Made by a program: the position numbers and the translations under genes
Assembly: GCA_963693365.1 (NCBI GenBank)
Contig: CAVNZM010000003.1
Coordinates: 4,770,472-4,834,471 of the forward strand
Reading direction: 5' to 3'
DNA from: Amoebidium appalachense
Taxonomy: Eukaryota; Protista; Ichthyosporea
DNA: 64,000 bases
The notes under the pieces: model-generated
Databases searched by the model: none
Told to the model about the DNA's origin: nothing
The model's input: the letters and a program-made list of their open reading frames with translations, nothing else
Shown: piece by piece, positions 19,501-31,500 of the stretch
Numbering within the stretch: the first letter of the stretch is position 1
Layout: every line of letters begins with the position of its first letter

Positions 19501-22076
19501 AGGTTATTGGGCAAGCCGAATCAGAGGTTGTGGTGAGCGCACCGGGCGAGAATATTCATGCGAATATTCCAGCGAATAATTCGCGCACACGTGCGAATAC
19601 GCGCAAAAATGCCTATTTTGTGTGGGGTGAGGAGCAGCAACGTGCATTTGATGCCCTAAAGCATGCTCTCACACATGCCCCCGTGTTGGCTCATCCAAAC
19701 TTCGACAAGCCTTTCATTGTGGACTCCGATGCTAGCAATGTGGCGCTTGGTGCGGTGCTGTCGCAGGTGGGAGATGACGGGCAGGAGCACCCCGTTGCTT
19801 ATGCCTCCCGCACGCTCAGTAAGAGCGAGCGCAATTATTCCGCCACCAAGAGAGAGGGTTTGGGCATCTATTGGGCTGTGTGCAAAGCCTTTCATCAGTA
19901 TACCTACGGGAAGCCATTTATTTTGCGCACAGACCATTCTTCGCTGACTTCCATATATGGTAATGGGGATGCCCCCGAGCCCATTGTTGCTGGCTGGCAG
20001 ATGGCCCTGTCTGCATACACCTATGACATCCACCATCGTGCTGGGAAGGACCACAGCAATGCAGACGGCATTTCACGGCCTTCCAGCGCGAATTTGGTGC
20101 CCAGCGAAGATGATCCAGATCTGACTTTTCCTTCGCTGATTGGGTGTGTGCACGGAGATGACCACAGTGATTTTGTGCCAGACACCGTTGTGTTTCCTGC
20201 GCTCGTGGTGACGCGTGGGCGGGCACGTGCGGGCGGTGGTGCTGATGCACCCACCCACAAACCCGCGTCAGCGGCGCGCACGCAGAAGCGCAAGCGCACG
20301 TCAGGGGTTAAGGGTGGACCGGGGGAGGGTGCGCATGCCACTGCAGACCCCACCCCCACCCCCCCTCTGGCTGAGCATATCTCTGATGCTGCACGTGATC
20401 ATACCCATGGGTTGAAGGTGAATACTTCCCGCGAGTTACGCGCGCTTACTATCCCACAGTTGCCGGGTATGCCTACTGTGGAGGAAATTAAGGCGGCGCA
20501 AAATGCAGATCCGTTTTTGTGCAGTATTCGTGATTACCTCAGCAACCCCACCGCGCCGGCACAGGTGGATGGAAGTGTTGCTTTAGAGGCAAGCAGATGC
20601 ACGGTTTATAAGGGGGTGGTGTATGTGTGGACACCGGAGCAGCGTGCGACTCGTCGCCCTACGCTGCTGCCACAGGTCTGGGTCCCCGAGTCTTTAAGGG
20701 CACAGATTCTTACGGCTTGCCACGATGCCCCCACAGCCGGGCATCTTGATGCCCAGCGCACGTTTCATCGCATTTGGTCTTCGTTTTGGTGGCCGGGGAT
20801 GTGGCATCAGGTCGTGCGGTATGTGAATTCGTGCGATAGGTGCCAGCGGCGCAAAACGCCACGCTTGCAGGGCCGCTTGCCCGTGCAGCGCGGTTTCGCA
20901 CCGCAGTACCCCTTTCAGTATGTGGCCATGGATGTGACCGTCTTGCCACCAGCGAAGAGCGGGAAGCAGTATATCCTTGTGTTCATAGACATGTTCACAC
21001 GGTGGGCTGAGTTGGTGCTGTTCGATCATCCACCCACCGCAGAGGATATCGCTAATGCTTTCCACGACTATGTTTTCGCGCGACACGGACCACCCGAGTT
21101 TGTGCTGTCGGATAATGGGTCGAATATTTCTGCGCAGCTGGTTAAGGATGTGTTAACCCTCCTAACTAGTCGCCAGATCCTCGCGTCACCCTACTCCCCC
21201 CAGACAAATGGGCTGGTTGAACGGTTCAATCGCACCCTTAAGAGTATTCTTGCGCAAGTGGCTACAGATAAGTTAACGGAGTGGGACACGTTTTTGCCCC
21301 AGGTGCTGTTTGCCTACCACACGGCTATGCACTCCGCACTGGGCGACAGTCCTTTCTTCCTTTTGTATGGCCGGGACCCCCGTGACCCCTTTGTGGAGAA
21401 ACTGGGCCCCGAGTACAGCGGCGCCACTAAGGAGCATCGGTATGCACTCTGGGAGCGATTGACCTATGCGCGCGATGTGGTTCGTGCACGTATGGTTACC
21501 GAGCAAGATCGGCACCGCAAATCAGCCAATCAGAAGGCGCGGCCTGTTCCCGATTTGGCAGATTTGGTGCTCAAGCTCGACAACACCCTTAACAACAAGA
21601 AGGTGGTTGATGGTGATGGTAACCAGCTGTATGAGGCTGCTAGCCTACGGGACAAGTGGGTGGGGCCCTACCGGGTTTTGCGCAAAGTCGCGCCACTTAC
21701 CTACGATATTCAGCGGGTGGGGACACAGGATGTGGAGCGTTCGCACGCTCGTTTCCTTAAACCCTATGTACCCCGCACGGATGGACCTCCTACCCTACTA
21801 CCTGAGTCCCGTGTGGCAGGTGACGCTGTGACCGCGGAAGTGGCCAAGATTATTGACCATAAATGGGAAAATGGTCGCGCCCTCTACAAAGTTCGCTGGA
21901 AGGGGTTTAAGGCCACCGATGATTCGTGGGAGTCACATGCAAACTTGTCTGAGTCGGCCTCGGGTGCCTTAGCTGATTATTTGCAGCAAGTGATTCGGCC
22001 CCCCAGTGAGGAGCCAATCAAAAATCAGCGCAAGGACACCCAACAGCATGTGCGCAAACGCAGACGTAAAGGTTGA
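16518..22076 (+). CDS. pol: Pol polyprotein: aspartic protease, dUTPase-like spacer domain, RT, RNase H, integrase, chromodomain
   Basis: VDTGA (~16974), CLDFRKIN, YPLPRID, GYHQI, PFG, YIDD (19038), DSDAS/YASR/TDH, HHCC (H..PTAGH...CDRCQ), D-D-E (AMD, SDNG, VERFN), GPY, chromodomain KIIDHK...YKVRWKGF...DSWE. Uninterrupted frame continuing from the TAG. Confidence 0.97.
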   Translation, partial: ELAGVKGAVPGVVDVRSAFLHIGEDSVQSSEVVNENFVHDPSPLAGNCKGNKAITRKTVSFAPTHIVIPSTLGATTPTGVGEGEGAPGKEGVMSVQDFADLKQARAEGLAGLAGRVHPTPKEPSVCKVSAKGSTSCLLATVRLHGHLVTVVVDTGASHSCLQYDFALKLPFATRKRISPVHNFSAVGASGDTLPCAGRVGLHLQVPHTEWSHVQNFHILRGLPYAALLGMDFLLGFDAQIDLLYKHLLLRPAHGQAECYMPVWWLGAGVRGGEVATLITTTGVHLPPFRSNVALCSMKDGGEGLEAGVTGVVVPRPTSNTDIPFHPAHSVQSLLSVNGSLGCKVLLTNLTEKHVYLKPGTQVAALEPLVEGDMLTVLVDVSGSPAAEKNGVEAVGSDSPSGSVGGQVFAAAAPAAADKPPTGGATVGGSGTTGATGDNIFIGEGGRVHASVPARVYRQGRARTETVQPWLSKKKARGRLAFAARARHPGSQAPGAPAPTSTSNVAGTGQGHVSSPQNEHVHSDRNLEFSLAEGTFGPAASSSEGGVGPWHIRGDTQGQCEGVSAGDTEASGPGEETDVQCAGARHARGQSGGSQPGAPGANQSAAGVSHVPTASASDADSGGTEDELPPGVEDPETIPLPDLTPAESKRFAKRIRRLLSRWKHVFSAHEHDYGKSNVATLKIELTTNEPQYRPPYKIPHHIRDQVWKQLQVWLAGGVIEPSTSPYSAPMVLVRKKDGSVRVCLDFRKINSCTVRDGYPLPRIDTSLDVLRGARWFSVFDLYGGYHQIEVDPETRPKLAFTTPWGHYQFCRAPFGVTNMPSVFSRAMNTVFAGMLWVHLLVYIDDLLLFTPDLESHLTLLEEVFRRLSAAGLKLKGSKCHFFRTEVAYLGHRVGRDGLKVDDGKIAVIRDKQAPTSVSELRSELGLFSYYRRFVPNMSDLAEPLTRMLGDSPQDKQLRKKIHGNEPPTSSARRKRNGTAKEKARQARTAAADESTEVIGQAESEVVVSAPGENIHANIPANNSRTRANTRKNAYFVWGEEQQRAFDALKHALTHAPVLAHPNFDKPFIVDSDASNVALGAVLSQVGDDGQEHPVAYASRTLSKSERNYSATKREGLGIYWAVCKAFHQYTYGKPFILRTDHSSLTSIYGNGDAPEPIVAGWQMALSAYTYDIHHRAGKDHSNADGISRPSSANLVPSEDDPDLTFPSLIGCVHGDDHSDFVPDTVVFPALVVTRGRARAGGGADAPTHKPASAARTQKRKRTSGVKGGPGEGAHATADPTPTPPLAEHISDAARDHTHGLKVNTSRELRALTIPQLPGMPTVEEIKAAQNADPFLCSIRDYLSNPTAPAQVDGSVALEASRCTVYKGVVYVWTPEQRATRRPTLLPQVWVPESLRAQILTACHDAPTAGHLDAQRTFHRIWSSFWWPGMWHQVVRYVNSCDRCQRRKTPRLQGRLPVQRGFAPQYPFQYVAMDVTVLPPAKSGKQYILVFIDMFTRWAELVLFDHPPTAEDIANAFHDYVFARHGPPEFVLSDNGSNISAQLVKDVLTLLTSRQILASPYSPQTNGLVERFNRTLKSILAQVATDKLTEWDTFLPQVLFAYHTAMHSALGDSPFFLLYGRDPRDPFVEKLGPEYSGATKEHRYALWERLTYARDVVRARMVTEQDRHRKSANQKARPVPDLADLVLKLDNTLNNKKVVDGDGNQLYEAASLRDKWVGPYRVLRKVAPLTYDIQRVGTQDVERSHARFLKPYVPRTDGPPTLLPESRVAGDAVTAEVAKIIDHKWENGRALYKVRWKGFKATDDSWESHANLSESASGALADYLQQVIRPPSEEPIKNQRKDTQQHVRKRRRKG

Positions 22077-22132
22077 TCCCCCTTAAAGGCATGGCATGTG
22101 GGCACTCGGTGCAGTTGCCCTTCGTTGCCCCT

Positions 22133-22145
22133 AGGGAGGGGGGGG
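22133..22145 (+). other. Polypurine tract
   Basis: AGGGAGGGGGGGG immediately before the 3' LTR. Confidence 0.9.
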
Positions 22146-22785
22146 TGTAGACATGGTTGTGTACATTCACGTGCACACCGTGCTGTTCCCCCACAACCAG
22201 TCTACGTGCCTTTGTGTCTTCTCGCCAGAGGCTGGAATAGAGCCTCGGAAGCAGCTACCAATCGGCTGCATCACTTTTAGCTGTATTCCTTATTAGGGCA
22301 GTTGCTCTGCACCTTAAGTATGCAGTTAGGAGCGATGCAAAGAACGTGAACACTTTGCCAGCATGTATCTTAGGTGTACGGCACACACTGTGTGCCGTAG
22401 ACACTTTATTGGGCACTAGACATACACATGTAGCACTGTAGTATAACTTGAAGCTAGATTATGATCACCCAGGAGAAGCTCATGTACTCATGTATATGTC
22501 ATGTACTTTATATTAAGTAGGGCCACATGCCTATTGGCTGTCGCCTTACAAAAGTATGCGAGCAGTGCTCTCCGGACCGGCGGAAACCAAGGGACTATAA
22601 AAGGCTGGTACATTCCAGACTTGGGTCACTTGGGCGGGGCTGCGTGTCCGAGTAAACGTTACACTAGTCGTGCGGTGTCAGACTAGCTGTAGCACCCGCT
22701 TTCTTGTCTCTATACTTACGTGCTTCTCCTAGCCTGCATATGTTAACTAGGGCATAGTATTAGTGTATACACACCCTGGTTTTCA
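22146..22785 (+). repeat. 3' LTR (640 bp)
   Basis: Direct repeat of 12984-13623. Confidence 0.98.
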
Positions 22786-23421
22786 CCCCTCACCACCAAC
22801 CCCCACGGTGACCACAATTTTCACAGCTGATTTATATAGTCGTACTGTACACTGCATCCAGCTGTCATCCAAGTTGTTGATAATTAGCACGTGGCCGCAC
22901 ATCCTTGAGTAGATGTTATAAAGGCCAACCGAATGCGTAATACCCTGTTCCACAATCACAGCCACTTCTTTGTGCATTCACCATTAGCTGATTTCACTCC
23001 CGTCAGTTGGGTGACCGCCTACACAAGTGCATGCCACTATGGTGGTTGCAGCTGCGAGGATGTATTGTACACCACTGCCTAAAGTGACCCCAAAGACTAA
23101 AAGGTCATTCTCAAAAGGTGCTGAATAACCCCCTCACCCCCTCTCCCCACCCCTCCCCGCCTCTTCTCCCCCCCCCCCCCTCCCCCCCTCCCCCCCCCCC
23201 TCCCCCCCCCCCCCCCCCTCCCCCCGGGCTCAGGAAAAGAAAAAATTCTTTTCCCTACCCCTTTCAACCCGCTTTTTTGTTGTTCCACACAGACCACCAT
23301 AACATAAGCACGATTCTTCACACCTCATGTCAATCTACTGCTCAGCACCTATCACTATAAGACCGTGTTTTTTTTTTTTTTTTTTTTGTTTTTTACGGAA
23401 TATTCTTTTTTTTTTTTTTTT

Positions 23422-23468
<47 letters not shown>

Positions 23469-23859
23469 CGATACATTCACTGGTATGTATACCATTATCC
23501 ACACGTACAGATTGTGCATGCACAAGAACGTACACTAAAGAGTTTTTGCGATGATAAGGGTTTGAAGAGGAAAGATAGAAACATAAGCAGCACTTTGCAG
23601 CATATGCCTCTTCGTGTTCTTCCTTTTTCTTCTTTTTAACTTAACTGGGGAGAGGGGGGGAGGGGAGAGGGGGGGAGGGTGGAGGGAGGGAGGGAGGGAG
23701 GGGGAGGGGGGCGGGGTGTTGGGAGGGGGGAGGGGGGGCAGTGGAGGGGCAGTGCAAGAGGCAGAATGGTGACTCCTGTGGGTCTGGTTGGGGTTGGGGT
23801 GGTGGGTCCCGGTATTGGGGGGAGAAGGGGGTGTGGGTGTGGGTGTGGGTGTGGGTGTG

Positions 23860-23890
<31 letters not shown>

Positions 23891-25148
23891 AGGGGGGGGG
23901 GGGGGGGGGGGGGAAGAGGTAATGGGTCTAAGGAAATGGTTTTGTCAAATAATCTGTCCTTTTCATCTCGTTTTCACCCATAGCTGTTAATCTAGGCTGC
24001 CATAGCTGAGGGCTACAGTGATCCACACATTCTGTCCCACAATCACAGCGACATCTTTGTGCATTCACCACCAGCCGATTTTACTCCCGTCAGTTGGGTG
24101 ACCGCCCACACTAATGCATGCCACTATGGTGGTTGCTGCAGCTCCTCTGACCCTGGGAGTTCCGGGTCGCCTATAGTACCAGCTGATCATTATAAGGTTA
24201 GTGAACATACCCTCCCCCCCCAACCCCCCCCCCTCCCCCACCCCCCACCCACCCCACCCCCACTTCCCCCTCCTACCCCCCATCACCATGAGACTTTCCC
24301 CCCATTCCCATGAACCACCACCACCACGCATATCTTGCATTTTTAAGGTCACTTACAAACTCCATTTGTCCCCCCTACCCCCCTTCCCCCCCCACGCCCT
24401 CCCCCCCCCCCCCCCCCCCCCCTTCCCCCCTCTCTTTCCCCATCCTACGGCTCCTATCTACCCTGGCGTGAACATCACGTATTAATGTTGTCCGAAGGGG
24501 CAGGAGGGGGTGAGGAGGTGGGGGAAGGGGGGGGAGGGGGGCGGGGGGGGGGGTTGAAGGTAGACAAAGGTGAGGGCAATACATTTTTTTATCGTTGAAC
24601 CGTTGATATACTCAGAGTACACACGAAACAAATATACTCTCAGTTCATAAAGGTAAGATAACACACTTGACAAACCACAAAATAAACAAAGAAACTATCA
24701 CATAAACTTTTTTTGTTATGGTGCTTTTTTCGCTCACCCACAGGACACACAAAAGTAAGATGTATCCGCACTCTGACCAGCAAGTATATGCAGGACACAG
24801 ACCCCACCCCCCACACACACACTCCCCCCCACCAAAAAATTCAAAAAATAGCAGAGGGATTAAAGCAAGAGGGGACGCAATGAACGTACATGTTGCTGTT
24901 ATCCCCCTCATTTTTTTGTAGTTTAAACTTTATTCAATTGTTTTCATTCATTCTGTCTTCGGACACGTTGCTGCTGACGCATTCAAACAATCACAGATGG
25001 CTCATAAGATGCCACGTGTGGGCATCTACTAGTAGCCCACTTGGAGTAAAACCCACACCCTGAGAAGTGAAGGCTGCTGGGGATAGGGAGACTTTAAAAT
25101 CAAATGCAGACTTTTCTATTTTTTTTTTTTTTTTTTTTTTTTTTTTGG

Positions 25149-25201
<53 letters not shown>

Positions 25202-25314
25202 GGGGGAGGGGGAGGAAGGGATCACAGCTCTGCACACTTTTGGTCCTTTTTTGTGTGTGCATGCGTGCATGTGTGTGTGGGGCAGGTGGGTGGGTGTGTG
25301 GGTGGTGGTGGTGG

Positions 25315-25357
<43 letters not shown>

Positions 25358-25948
25358 GGTCCCTTGAGTTTAGGGCAGGGGAACGGAATGCGGGAGATGC
25401 TTTGGCGGGAACCCATGATAAATAACGATCGAGGAGTTTGAAGTGGTGGATCGGGTCTATGGAAAGCAGTCAATCGGCACAGCCATTCACTGTTAACCTC
25501 TATAAGTGCCCACATCTAAAGGTCACAGTGATCAACACAATCTGTCCCGCAATCACAGCCACATATTTGTGCATTCACCACCAGCTGATTTTACTCCCCT
25601 CAGTTAAGTGACTGCCCACACAAATGCATGCCACTATGGTGGTTGCTGCAGTTGCCCTGCCCGTTGCTTCCAGACGTAGCAATGATTGAGATTGCCGTGG
25701 AGGCAAAAGTCACCCAAAGCAGCCGTTAAATAACAGTTCAAGTAAATGCCCCCCCCCCCCCCCCCCCCCCCCCCACCCACCCACCCACCCACTGCCTCTT
25801 GTCCCCCCCATCACCACGCGATATTTTTTCCATTTCCTCAATAACAGACACCTCCACACACTACATACTTATATTTAAGGTCACTAATGAGATCCCATTG
25901 CCCCCCCCCCCCCCCCACCACCACCACTCCCCCCTCCCCGGCACTCCG

Positions 25949-25995
<47 letters not shown>

Positions 25996-26474
25996 TTCCC
26001 GTCCCCACTCCCCCCCATGTCCCCCCCTCTCACTCCCACGGTTCCCTATCTACCCGGTGTGAAAAACATGTATGAGTGCTGTTTGAAGGGTTGGAAGGAG
26101 GGGGAGGGTTGGGTTCCAATAGGTATTGGGGACTTGTGGTTATGGTTCATGTGTGGTAGTAGTTATCGGCTTTCTTTTCTTTTCTTTTAACGTGACTAGT
26201 TGTTTTTTGTTGTGGTGGTGGTGGTGGTGGTGGTGTTGGTGGTGGTTGTGTGTGTGTGTGTGTGTGGAGGGGGGAGGGGGGGGGGGAGGTTAACGTTGGG
26301 GGGGGATTTGAGCTTTTTTGCTGCCCCCCTCCCCCCCCCCCTCCCCCTTTCCCCCTGAGGCTCCACAAAGTGGGTGTGTTGTCACGGTTAGTTGGTACAT
26401 TTGTGGCTGTGGTGACGCTGGTGGTGCTTGTGGTGGTGTGCACACCCACTATGTTGTGGGTGGGTTGTTGTTGT

Positions 26475-26519
<45 letters not shown>

Positions 26520-26776
26520 GAGGGGGGGGGGGGAGGGGGAGACGGGAGGGGAAAGGGGGGGAAGGGGGAAGTTGGTGAGGGGGGCACTTCTACTCTTTTT
26601 ATTTCTTCTCTCGTTTCTGTATTCTTTTTCTTTTTGCGGATGCCGGTGGTGGTGGTGGTGGTGGTGGGGGGGGGGGGGGGGGGGGGAGGAGGGGGGGAGA
26701 GGGGGGGGGGGGGGGGGGGGGGGGGAAAGGGGCAAAGCGGAGAAGGGCGAGAGTGGAAGTGGGTGGAGGGGGAGAG

Positions 26777-26814
<38 letters not shown>

Positions 26815-27748
26815 GAAGACACGGAAACTGTCAGCAACATCATGCCTTTGCTCAGAAAATAGCAACAGCGGATATGACCTACTTCAATTCATGTCACGTG
26901 CAAACACAGATCGAGAAGATCCCAGCACACATTCTGTCCCACAATCACAGTCAATTCTTTGTGCATTCACCACCAGCTGATTTCACTCCCGTCAGTTGGG
27001 TGACCGCCCACGCAAATGCATGCCACTATGATGTTGCAATCGGCTCTGGTGTCATGCACGGCTGCAAGGGGAAAAACGTTAAGGTCATAATGTCACCCCC
27101 ACATCAGTTTTGCTGAACAACTCAATACTTCACCACCTGTTGTCTTCCCTCCCTCCCCTCCCCCCACATCCACCACCACCACCACCACCACCACCACCAT
27201 CAACCCACCCATCCAGGTACCGTCACATACCACCACCACCACCACCACCAACCCACCCATCCAGATACCGTCAGCTTATACCACCATCACCACCAGAACC
27301 AAAGTTTGCGCACTACCAGACACTCGCACGTTTTTTAAAAATTTCAACAATCTATACCAACTATATTAGACTGAGCCCGGTATAGAGACATGGCAGAACA
27401 ACTCGGCCCCCCAATAAATTCCGGCGTTATATCCATTTGGCAAAACTTTCTAACACATTCCCCCCCCCCCCCCCCCCCCCCTCCCCTTCCCCATATCCCC
27501 CCACACGACAAAATGAAATCCCGCCCTTCTCACCTACTTCTTCTTCCTGCCCACCCTGCTTACATCCACCTGCGTAGAAGTGTGACCCTCCCTCCCCCTC
27601 CCCCCTCCCCTCCTCTCCCCCCACCTCCCCGTCCCCCCCACCAAAAAGGGAAAGAAAAAGAAATACGCAGGCACACATGCACTCACACACGCACACACAC
27701 ACACGCATACACATGTTGGGGGAAAGGAAAGGGGGGCGGCTGCCGGGG

Positions 27749-27788
<40 letters not shown>

Positions 27789-27804
27789 GGGGAGAAGAGG
27801 AAAG

Positions 27805-28560
27805 AGGGGACAAATGGATACTAAAAGAACGGTCAGCATATGCATAAGGCAAACAACTAAGGCTAATAGTCATAATAGTATGATAGTATGGTCTTGTGAT
27901 CGCACGGCCCTCTGAAAAAAGAGTGATAGTATGGTCTTGCAGTTGCACGTCCGGGCCTAAACACTTTCAACTCATGTACAATAGCGTATGCAAACTGTGA
28001 ACATTTTTAGCATCACAGAGGGCCCCCACGTTGCAATCATTTCACTCCCGTCAATGTGTTGGGTGACCGCTTACACAAATGCCTTGCACATCATTGCGGG
28101 GCCATAGTTGACTCATATGATGGTTTGGACATAAACAAGTTGGTCGCCTAAAGCAATTACGGAAAAATTCTTGGCCCAGACTGCGGGGGGAGGGGGGGGG
28201 GGGGGAGAAGAGGAGGGAGGGGACAAATGGATATTAAAAGAACGGTCAGCATATGCATAAGGCAAACAACTAAGGCTAATAGTCATAATAGTATGATAGT
28301 ATGGTCTTGTGATAGTATGGTCTTGCAATTGCACGTCCGGGCCTTAACACTTTTTCAACTCATGTAGCGTATGCAAACTGTGAACATATTTAGCATCACA
28401 GAGGGACCACGTTGCAATCATTTCACTCCCGTCAATGTGTTGGGTGACCGCTTACACCAATGCCTTGTACATCGTTGCGGCCATATTGACTCATGATCAT
28501 TTGGACATAAACAAGTTGGTCGCCTAAAGCAATTACGGAAGAATTCTTGGCCCAGACTGC
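27805..28560 (+). repeat. Tandem duplication of a ~350-380 bp unit
   Basis: GGGGACAAATGGATA...GGCCCAGACTGC at ~27805-28184 and ~28218-28560. Copy 1 has an extra ~28-bp segment between direct GTGATAGTATGGTCTTG-like repeats. Confidence 0.9.
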
Positions 28561-28569
28561 GCCGTGCAG

Positions 28570-28620
<51 letters not shown>

Positions 28621-28775
28621 TTCACCACGACGACCACCACCATCTGGTCCACCACACCACCAATACCACACACATACAGACAACGCACACACACACACAA
28701 AAACACCTCTATAGACAGGGATTTTGCACGAAACAGGGCCGTCCCAGCTATATTAGTTGATACTGAAGTAGGGTG

Positions 28776-28821
<46 letters not shown>

Positions 28822-28822
28822 T

Positions 28823-28855
<33 letters not shown>

Positions 28856-28899
28856 ACATGGGTGTGTAGATAGAGGGGAGCTGGGTGGGTGGGTGTACT

Positions 28900-28934
<35 letters not shown>

Positions 28935-29131
28935 CTGATGAGCGGCTGAGCATACTGGCTGGACTCGCCGTGTTCACGTACACCGCCTTTGGCACATACT
29001 GTGCATGCACATACGCGCATAATTAGTCACTGTGTGCAAGAACTCAGTCTACCTGTTCGAGGGGTGGGGGCTAGAAATTGAGGAAAATGCACACACAAAG
29101 TCTGACTCAGCATACACCCCCCCCCCCCCCC

Positions 29132-29167
<36 letters not shown>

Positions 29168-29293
29168 CCCCACCCCACCTTCCTTCCCTCCCTCCTCAAC
29201 GAACAATGCTGGATGTGAGCATACACACGGCACACACGTAACACATGTATGGGGGTCGAAAGGGTAAATGTAATTGGTGTAATTGTTTTTTTT

Positions 29294-29365
<72 letters not shown>

Positions 29366-29879
29366 GGGGGGGGGGGGGGGGAGAGGGGGGAGAGGGGGGG
29401 GAGGGGGGGAAGGCGGGGGGATTAAGGATGGCCCCAACACCGATAAGGGAATTCCAAACATGGAGGGTCACTGCATGTTCTCTTTTTGAGAAGAGATGGG
29501 GGGGGGGGGGGGGGACTGACTGTGTGATAGAGTGGGCGAATGAAACATACTCCATGCAACCATATGATGACCCTTTTTTTTTGTCTTCCAGAGCAAAATG
29601 TTTTTGTGTCAACACGTTAACTTGAAGGCCTTTCAGGGTCCTATCAAAATTCAAGTCCGCTATATAACGACCGGCAAATCATAAATCATAAAAACCATCG
29701 CACACAACATACACCCACGTCATTCCTATTGAATTCTGCTTCACGGTTCAAACCATTCTAAAATCGGTAGTCATCCCAATGAAACCAACAGGTCCAAACA
29801 CAACCCAAACCCAGATGTTGCAACACAATAAATTCACCTAATATTCATAATGCAGCCTGTCTATTGGGTCTTTAGTTTT

Positions 29880-31149
29880 TTATAGCACCCCTCTCATTGG
29901 CGGTGAGACCAGGATCACACCGTCTCCTCTCACAAACAACATCGGAACAGTTCGTGTCGATGTCTGTACCCACCCAAAAGTGTCAGCATACATCATATAT
30001 CCACCACCCTTCCCCAAACCCCCCTTCTTCCCCCCCCCACCCCCCCCCTCCGTCCCCCCCCCCCCCCCCCCCCCCCTCCGTCCATCCCCCCTCCCCCCCC
30101 CCCCCCCCCCCCCTGCCCCTCCCCTCCCACTACTCCGCCGTCCAAATACACCCACAACCCAATTAGATGCACAATCCCCCCCCTTCCCCCCCCCCCCCCC
30201 CCCCCCCTCCCCCCTCCCCCCCCCCCCCCCCACCCACACCCCCCTGCCCCCTCTCCTCCTGCTTTGTGGTGCTTACATACTCGTTTACCAACAAACGTCA
30301 ACCGACATAGGCCTCTACTTCCCAAACACCCGTATGCGTAACTCGATACAAACACCCCCCCCCCCCCCCCCCCCCCCCCCCCCTTCTCCGTGCCACCATA
30401 CCTACACATTGCACTCTTGCTTGCGAACTAATAGGTCTAACGGTCCCGCCCACACGCAGGGAGACATGCACAAATCCCAGCACCACCACAACCAACATGC
30501 ACAGGCACAGGCATAGACACAGGCGGGCGATGTGCTTGTGCCCGAACACGCATGCACATACGCGCGCACACATACACACAAACACACGCACACACACACA
30601 CACACACACAATGCAAATACCCCTTTCCAACCACTTACCCTCACCTACAACCACCTACACACACCTTGCCCGCGCCACCTTGACACAACCTCTCCCCCCC
30701 CCCCCCCCAAAAAAAAAAACACCCACCCACCACCCACCCACCCACCCACTCACACACACACGCACACCCTACTAGCAGTTTCCTGCCCACAAACAGCCAC
30801 ACTCCCCAATACCTAGATACACCCACCTACCCACGCAAGCGAACGCGCAACCACTTCAACTCTTAACACACACACACACAGATACGACCCCCCCCGCCCC
30901 CGGGGGGACACCCAGATATACCCACACCCACACCCTTACACATAAACAGCCATTCAGCCGCCAGCAACTCCCCTTCCCCCCCCATCTCCCCCTTCGCCCC
31001 TGACACGCACGAGCATGCGCATGTGTGTGTGTGCGCGCCCACACACACACACACCCACCACCACACCTATCCACCCACACCCACACCCACACCCATCCAC
31101 CCACCCACCCACCCACAGCCACACCACACCCCCCCCAACCCACATACCG

Positions 31150-31193
<44 letters not shown>

Positions 31194-31199
31194 CTCACA

Positions 31200-31259
<60 letters not shown>

Positions 31260-31458
31260 CACGCACACGCACACACACACGCACACACGCACGCACGCAC
31301 GCACGCACGCACGCACACGCACACGCACACGCACACACACACACACACACGCACACGCACACGCACACGCACGCACGCACGCACGCACGCACACGCACGC
31401 ACGCACGCACGCACGCACACGCACGCACACACGCACACACGCACACACGCACACGCAC

Positions 31459-31500
<42 letters not shown>

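Larger units (their letters stand above)
12984..22785 (+). mobile_element. Full-length Ty3/Gypsy LTR retrotransposon with chromodomain integrase, very recent insertion
   Basis: Two 640-bp TG...CA LTRs, PBS, PPT, CCCC duplicated at 12980-12983 and 22786-22789, domain order PR-RT-RH-IN-chromo. Confidence 0.98.
11700..28560 (+). repeat. Local cluster of about 8 diverged copies of a ~110-bp repeat core separated by low-complexity spacers
   Basis: Core CATTCTGTCCCACAATCACAG...TTTGTGCATTCACCACCAGCTGATTTCACTCCCGTCAGTTGGGTGACCGCCCACACAAATGCATGCCACTATGGTGGTTGC at ~11705, 12907 (cut by the LTR element), 22943, 24027, 25536 and 26926, with partial copies at ~28012 and ~28396. Confidence 0.85.

Noticed and set aside
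22940-27040. Repeat cores as ankyrin-like or other repeated coding exons
   Set aside because: Stops and indels among copies, no consistent splice sites and no convincing domain pattern.
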